Under the pieces are notes generated by a model. That model was not told the DNA's origin and did no database searches. It worked only from the letters and a program-made list of their open reading frames with translations. A stretch of DNA of 39,640 bases from Occultella glacieicola (GTDB taxonomy: Bacteria; Actinomycetota; Actinomycetes; Actinomycetales; Beutenbergiaceae). Position 1 is the stretch's first letter. The number at the start of each line of letters is the position of its first letter. A program made the translations under genes and the position numbers. This document shows, one piece after another, positions 36,301 through 39,640 of this stretch. The stretch covers positions 62,001 to 101,640 of the forward strand of contig NZ_SMNA01000016.1 in NCBI RefSeq assembly GCF_004353825.1. The letters run 5' to 3'.

Positions 36301-39286
36301 TCTCCAGCACGGGCAGGTTGAGGACGTCGGGACCGGCGACGCGGGCCACGGCTCCACTGTGGTCGCGCACGAACGACGCCAGCGCGGTGCGCAGGTCGGA
36401 GCGTGCGTGCTCGCCCGCCGCGGACCGCACCGCGTCCAGGTCCGCCAGGACCGTGGGCGAGGTGACGATCGTGACGACGGCGTGCAACTCCCGGACCGAT
36501 CGCGCCGCGGTCACGGCCTCGGTCAGCAGACCTGACGACCCGAGGGTCCGCTCGGCCGCGTCGACTGCCGCGTCCACGCCGCGAACGGCGGCGACGAGAG
36601 TATCCGTGTGCAGGCCACGAGGGTCCACGGTGCCCACGAAGCCCCACGGATGCCGCGGTCGCGGCTGCGCCGGGTCGGCGACGTCGGGCAGCACCTCCAG
36701 GGCTCGGCGAACGGCGGCGAGCGCGCCCGGTCCGCCGGAGGCCACGAGCGCCGTCGGAACCGGTAGCGGGTGGGGTTCGTCCCGTAGCGTGAGCCGCTGC
36801 GTCTGAGCCGAGTAGAGGGAGAGCCCGGCCCCGTTCGGCTCGTGCAGTTCGGCTGCGTACCGGGCGAGCCGACGCCGTGTGGAGCGCAGGCTCTCCGTGG
36901 CTGCCGTGTAGCCCTGGGTGTCGGTGTCCACGGCCAACTCGAGTGTCCGGGAGATCTGCGCCCGCACCGCGTTCGGCCGGCTGCTGCGATCGTGCAGGTC
37001 GAGCGAGAACGGTCCCATCCCGACGTCGTCGAGGCGCCGACGGACGACGTCAAGGGCGGCTCGCTTCTCGGCGACGAACAGGACCCGCTTGCCCTCGGCG
37101 ACGGATCGGGTCAGCAGGTTCGTGATGGTCTGGGACTTGCCGGTCCCTGGAGGGCCTTCGAGGACGAAGGTCCGCCCGGCCACGGCTTCGGCGATCGCGC
37201 CCAGTTGCGAGGAGTCGGCCGGCACCGGGCAGATGCTCGCCAGCTCGTCGAGGTCCACCTCGGCCGGTGGGGGAACGGGGTCGTCGAAGGCATCGGTGGG
37301 CGTATGGATCAGGTGGTGCACCAGCGGGTTGTGCTCGAACTGCTCCCAGTTCTCGTCGAGGTCCTTCCACAGGCGGAACTTGGCGAACTGCAGGATCGCT
37401 AGGTCTGCCGTCGCCTCGACCCTGAAGTTGAGTCCCGCTGTGATCAGGGCAAGCCGGGCAGCGGTCAGTGCGGCGTCGAGATCCACTCCGCGACCGTCCT
37501 CGGTGGGCTCGGCTAGACCGGGGATCTCAAGGTCGAAGAGCTGCCGGAGCTTCTCGAGGAGGCAGAAGTTCGGAGTGGATGCGCCGGACTCGTCCAGTGT
37601 GATCGTGTACGCACCGGCCTTGGAACGGGTGCGTAGCGTGACGGGGATCAGCATCAGAGGCGAGCGGAGGTGCTCGGTGCCGGTGGACCAGACCAGCGAC
37701 CCGAGCGCGAGGTAGAGATTGTTGGCGCCGGTGTCCTCCACGATCGTGCGGGCCCGGTGGGCGAGGCCGCGCAGCCGGCCGTGGTAGGCGGCGCCCGGCA
37801 CGTCGGAGTAGACCGACCGTCGCTCGTGCAGGAGCGAGGAGCGCAACTCCTCGTCGAGCTCGGCGCCGACCGTGACTCCACGCTGGGCGTGCACGGCATC
37901 GACGGAGTCCGCGGCCAGGAGGCTGATCGAGATGCCCGAGTTGATCGCGTCCTCGAGCCGCGGGAGTTGGCCGGGCGGGACCGCCAGATGGATCGCGGCC
38001 CGTTCCGAGAACTTGATCAGTTTGTTGCGCAGGCTCAGGTCGAGGAGGGAGTTCTTCCACTGTTGGACTCGGGGTGGCGCAATTGCCCGGCCGGAATCCC
38101 CGGCTGCCGTTCCCTCGACCTCCCGGGCCTGGCTCGTGGCCACGGTCCCGGCCGCGGGATCACCGGACTGCGGCCGGTACTCGACCACGACCACATCGCC
38201 GTCCCGGCCGCGGACCCGGGCCGGCAGCGGCAGGATCCGGTTGCGGCGGGCCTCGTGCACGTCGATGACCCCGTAGACCTCCCGCAGGTCGCCGGTGAGG
38301 AACCGGGCATACGGCTGGCGTGCGACGACCGCGCGGTCCGCCAGTTCGGTCGCGGTGATCAGCGTGGTCTCGATCAGACCGATGGCGCCGACATCGACCA
38401 GGTTGACGACTCGCGAGGTATCGGTGTCGAAAACCACGCCGAGGGATGTGGGCTGGCGCCAGTACCCGAGGAACGCGTGTCCGGACACGATCCACAGCAG
38501 GGGCCGGATCCCGGCCTGCTCGAGGGCCGCCGCGAGGACGACCACGGTGTCGAGGCAGGTGCCGATCCGCCCCTCCAGCACCTCGCCCGGCGTGCGCACC
38601 TTCTGCCCGTGCGCTGACCAGCTCGACGGGGCCTCGGCGTACCGGATGCCGCGTGCGTGCGCCGCCATGAAGATCCCCCGAACGAGCTCGTCAACGCGAT
38701 CCGGACCCGACTGATAGCCCTCGAGCGAGGCGCTGCCGGTCTCCCGGCGAAGGATCTCGCCCGCCTCGCCCAGCAGTTCCGCGATCACGGGATGGTTCGG
38801 CATCACGAACGACGCGAGCACCTCGGTCGTGACGGGGTGCTCCGAACGGAGCCAGTGCTGCGCGGCCAGGAGTCGGACCGGCAGCGCCATGCGGGCGAGC
38901 GGCTCGTCGACGACCGCCACCTGTTCACCCTCGCCCTGGGCCACCTCGTCCTGGGCCACCTCGTCCTGGGCTACCTCCGGTGGGAGCAACTCCACAACGA
39001 CCTCGGCCGGCCGATCCTCCTCCACCTGTGCCATCGCAGCCGGGTCGAGGACCACCGGCACGTCACGAACTATCGTCTCCCGTCCCCGGGCGAGGTCCAC
39101 CGTCACGACGCAGGGGCGTGCGAGGTCGCCATGGACGTCGAGCACCCTCACCCGAACCCGCGCCCCGCGCAACTCGAGGTCGTGGCTCGCGATCCGCACC
39201 TGCCCCACCACGGCGAGGCCGTTATGCGCCATCGCGTAACTGAGCACGTCGAGGGCATCGACATCGAGCGTGATCGGACTCGTCAC
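33305..39286 (-). CDS. DUF4011 / SF1 (Upf1-like) helicase / restriction-endonuclease-like / DUF3320 protein (Hhe-like defence candidate) with N-terminal transglutaminase-like domain
   Basis: WKNSLLDLSLRNKLI and NLYLALG (DUF4011), ADSSQ, GPPGTGKSQT, FVAEKRAAL, FDEASQ, GDSKQMPP, HYRS, ENVQGDERD, RRLNVAVTRAR, KVDL..LLDG, EGPVH...FG. Confidence 0.9.
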   Translation of the reverse strand: MTSPITLDVDALDVLSYAMAHNGLAVVGQVRIASHDLELRGARVRVRVLDVHGDLARPCVVTVDLARGRETIVRDVPVVLDPAAMAQVEEDRPAEVVVELLPPEVAQDEVAQDEVAQGEGEQVAVVDEPLARMALPVRLLAAQHWLRSEHPVTTEVLASFVMPNHPVIAELLGEAGEILRRETGSASLEGYQSGPDRVDELVRGIFMAAHARGIRYAEAPSSWSAHGQKVRTPGEVLEGRIGTCLDTVVVLAAALEQAGIRPLLWIVSGHAFLGYWRQPTSLGVVFDTDTSRVVNLVDVGAIGLIETTLITATELADRAVVARQPYARFLTGDLREVYGVIDVHEARRNRILPLPARVRGRDGDVVVVEYRPQSGDPAAGTVATSQAREVEGTAAGDSGRAIAPPRVQQWKNSLLDLSLRNKLIKFSERAAIHLAVPPGQLPRLEDAINSGISISLLAADSVDAVHAQRGVTVGAELDEELRSSLLHERRSVYSDVPGAAYHGRLRGLAHRARTIVEDTGANNLYLALGSLVWSTGTEHLRSPLMLIPVTLRTRSKAGAYTITLDESGASTPNFCLLEKLRQLFDLEIPGLAEPTEDGRGVDLDAALTAARLALITAGLNFRVEATADLAILQFAKFRLWKDLDENWEQFEHNPLVHHLIHTPTDAFDDPVPPPAEVDLDELASICPVPADSSQLGAIAEAVAGRTFVLEGPPGTGKSQTITNLLTRSVAEGKRVLFVAEKRAALDVVRRRLDDVGMGPFSLDLHDRSSRPNAVRAQISRTLELAVDTDTQGYTAATESLRSTRRRLARYAAELHEPNGAGLSLYSAQTQRLTLRDEPHPLPVPTALVASGGPGALAAVRRALEVLPDVADPAQPRPRHPWGFVGTVDPRGLHTDTLVAAVRGVDAAVDAAERTLGSSGLLTEAVTAARSVRELHAVVTIVTSPTVLADLDAVRSAAGEHARSDLRTALASFVRDHSGAVARVAGPDVLNLPVLEIHAAAQAAASSGFFGRRRRLKGVLETLRPGLLPDAEIGHKHLVEVTTMLAGAVRAAAQIRELAERAPGVHLPPNWNPLVAGDRNHLDAELGWSQWAAVALTPDPRADAVSALRTYLDARDAGRTHELDPTVVGLLRNLLAAFGQLDSLVGAAAPGAPEDPFARWAARDGLVRTWAMTSASRDLADPQLLAARRWAAFLGGLEPLRAVGLAAARDELVEGVVHADDAVRTLDLGVAEASIAERGGTTGLAGFDPIGHGRTISRFTTSARDVRDHLSTIVPREVLDSRLFDPDAGGRVGALRRELGRQRGGLAVRALLRTYGDLITQIMPCVLVSPDSLARFFPALADQFDIVVFDEASQIRVADAVGAMGRANGVIVVGDSKQMPPTSFGEPLFDGGDDEFTTAVEDVVDDEESILTECLQSRVPQRWLSWHYRSRDESLIAFSNAHYYENRLSSFPAPNNGAASPDIDGIGVSLVRVDGHFYRTGKGRLLRTNPVEADAIVGDVVRRFDAHPGRAPSIGVVTFNVQQRNHIESLLRDTGDDRLLAALDDNDEGLFVKNLENVQGDERDVILFSTAFSVNERGVLPLNFGPLNRAGGERRLNVAVTRARRQVVVFSSFDPEQLRAEQTASVGIKHLRNYLDMAAQGPAVLGTIASVPRRTVIADRHREQVASALRERGLIVHTDVGLSDFKVDLSLALPERPEDPVVAVLLDGPGWARRGTVGDRDGLPVDVLSVMMRWPTVERLWLPAWLKDPDGEAERLLATTRSTETAAAEHEVAEQEMVDQEIVEQEMVEQEMVDQEIVEQEIVDTAEATSSPSLAAPFEPWDRRPLGARSTLDALPAARARAEILQAIEAVVAQEGPVHAERLARLVGNSFGLTKVAETRVRAILGQLPTDLAVRDGFVWPRGSDPGVWRGYRVQENVSVRPLEHIASIEVTNAMADLARAAAGITAEELLRATNATFGGSRLTDGIRSRLDSELGAALASGRLAESGAYFIAV
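33879..33985 (-). repeat. 15-bp coding tandem repeat, about 7 copies ((E/D)QE(M/I)V)
   Basis: TCGAC(G/C)ATCTCCTG(C/G) six times from 33879 plus one degenerate unit. Confidence 0.92.
38931..38977 (-). repeat. 15-bp coding tandem repeat, 3 copies (EVAQD)
   Basis: TCG(T/C)CCTGGGC(C/T)ACC three times. Confidence 0.88.
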
Positions 39287-39329
39287 TGGGTCTACCGGCT
39301 TCCTTCAACGGGCGGACTTCTGCGTTAGC

Positions 39330-39351
39330 AGGGTGCCATGGATCACCCACA
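39330..39351 (-). promoter_or_regulatory. Possible RecA-NDp/PafBC-type promoter for the helicase gene
   Basis: Minus strand TGTGGG-N10-CACCCT versus consensus TGTCGG-N10-TANNNT (two deviations). Confidence 0.4.
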
Positions 39352-39389
39352 CCGCCGCGCCGATCCGCCCCGCGAGGGCGCGTGTTCCG

Positions 39390-39434
39390 AACGTTGCGTC
39401 ACTGACCCGGCAGGTGGGTCAGTGACGCAACGTT
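39390..39434. repeat. REP-like palindrome, copy 2
   Basis: AACGTTGCGTCACTGACCC-GGCAGGT-GGGTCAGTGACGCAACGTT: perfect 19-bp stem between divergent genes. Confidence 0.82.
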
Positions 39435-39471
39435 GTGAGGGTCGCTCCGCCGGGGGAGGTGGCCCGGCCGA

Positions 39472-39493
39472 TGTCGGGGGTCGATGGCACTGT
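39472..39493 (+). promoter_or_regulatory. RecA-NDp/PafBC-type DNA-damage promoter
   Basis: TGTCGG-GGGTCGATGG-CACTGT: exact upstream hexamer, 10-nt spacer, CANNNT -10. Confidence 0.6.
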
Positions 39494-39540
39494 TGTTCGC
39501 AGTGCAGATCAATGGGGAATCGCGAACTGGGGAGGCGGCG

Positions 39541-39640
39541 ATGGAGTCGGTGCAGGAGCGGGAGGCGTGGTTGGCCGAGGGGGTCGAGCTTTGGACGGCG
39601 CGGTCTCGCCTGGTGCGGACGGACTGGGAGGGGATCGGGT
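39541..39640 (+). CDS. 5' end of a hypothetical protein (MESVQEREAWLAEGVELW...), runs off the right edge
   Basis: GGGAGG SD before ATG 39541; open to the window end. Confidence 0.55.
   Translation, partial: MESVQEREAWLAEGVELWTARSRLVRTDWEGIG

Noticed and set aside
1449..38714. Many long alternative-frame and antisense ORFs in the track (e.g. 2288-4021+, 9460-10935+, 17029-18630-, 21987-23498+, 30639-33290-)
   Set aside because: They overlap well-supported genes, are Arg/Pro/Gly/Ala-rich with no motifs, and are the expected shadow ORFs of high-GC DNA.
26608..39434. Segment between the two palindromes as a composite transposon or integrative island
   Set aside because: No transposase, integrase, tRNA or target-site duplication seen, and the contents include ordinary genes; kept only as a repeat-family observation.

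Overview
High-GC actinobacterial chromosome segment (Micrococcales-like, inferred from gene content, codon style and regulatory motifs). Left to right: a truncated family-5 ABC lipoprotein behind a long, structured, operator-rich intergenic region; an iron-siderophore uptake cluster (SIP, SBP, two FecCD permeases, ATPase) with two IdeR/DtxR boxes; yigZ; tauE-like; a ugp-like glycerophosphodiester/phosphate-scavenging operon with PHO-box repeats and a 12-codon uORF; a frameshifted GNAT; a NarL-type two-component system plus DUF2306-like protein; an MFS transporter; a Gly/Pro-repeat membrane protein; a coupled hydrolase/PCD-VOC/YcaQ-like glycosylase operon divergent from an ArsR-like regulator; a Zn-dehydrogenase; GH65 plus beta-PGM-like HAD; a RimK-RCK_C fusion divergent from a RimB-like protease; Mn-catalase; Gfo/Idh/MocA; an ECF sigma factor fused to ZAS, TM and extracellular domains; an AbrB-like relic; and a 1993-aa DUF4011/SF1-helicase/nuclease/DUF3320 (Hhe-like) protein with an N-terminal transglutaminase-like domain. 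Two copies of a REP-like hairpin occur (26608, 39390), the second between divergent PafBC/RecA-NDp-like promoters. No rRNA, tRNA, CRISPR or transposase seen. All family calls come from motif recognition by eye, not database searches.
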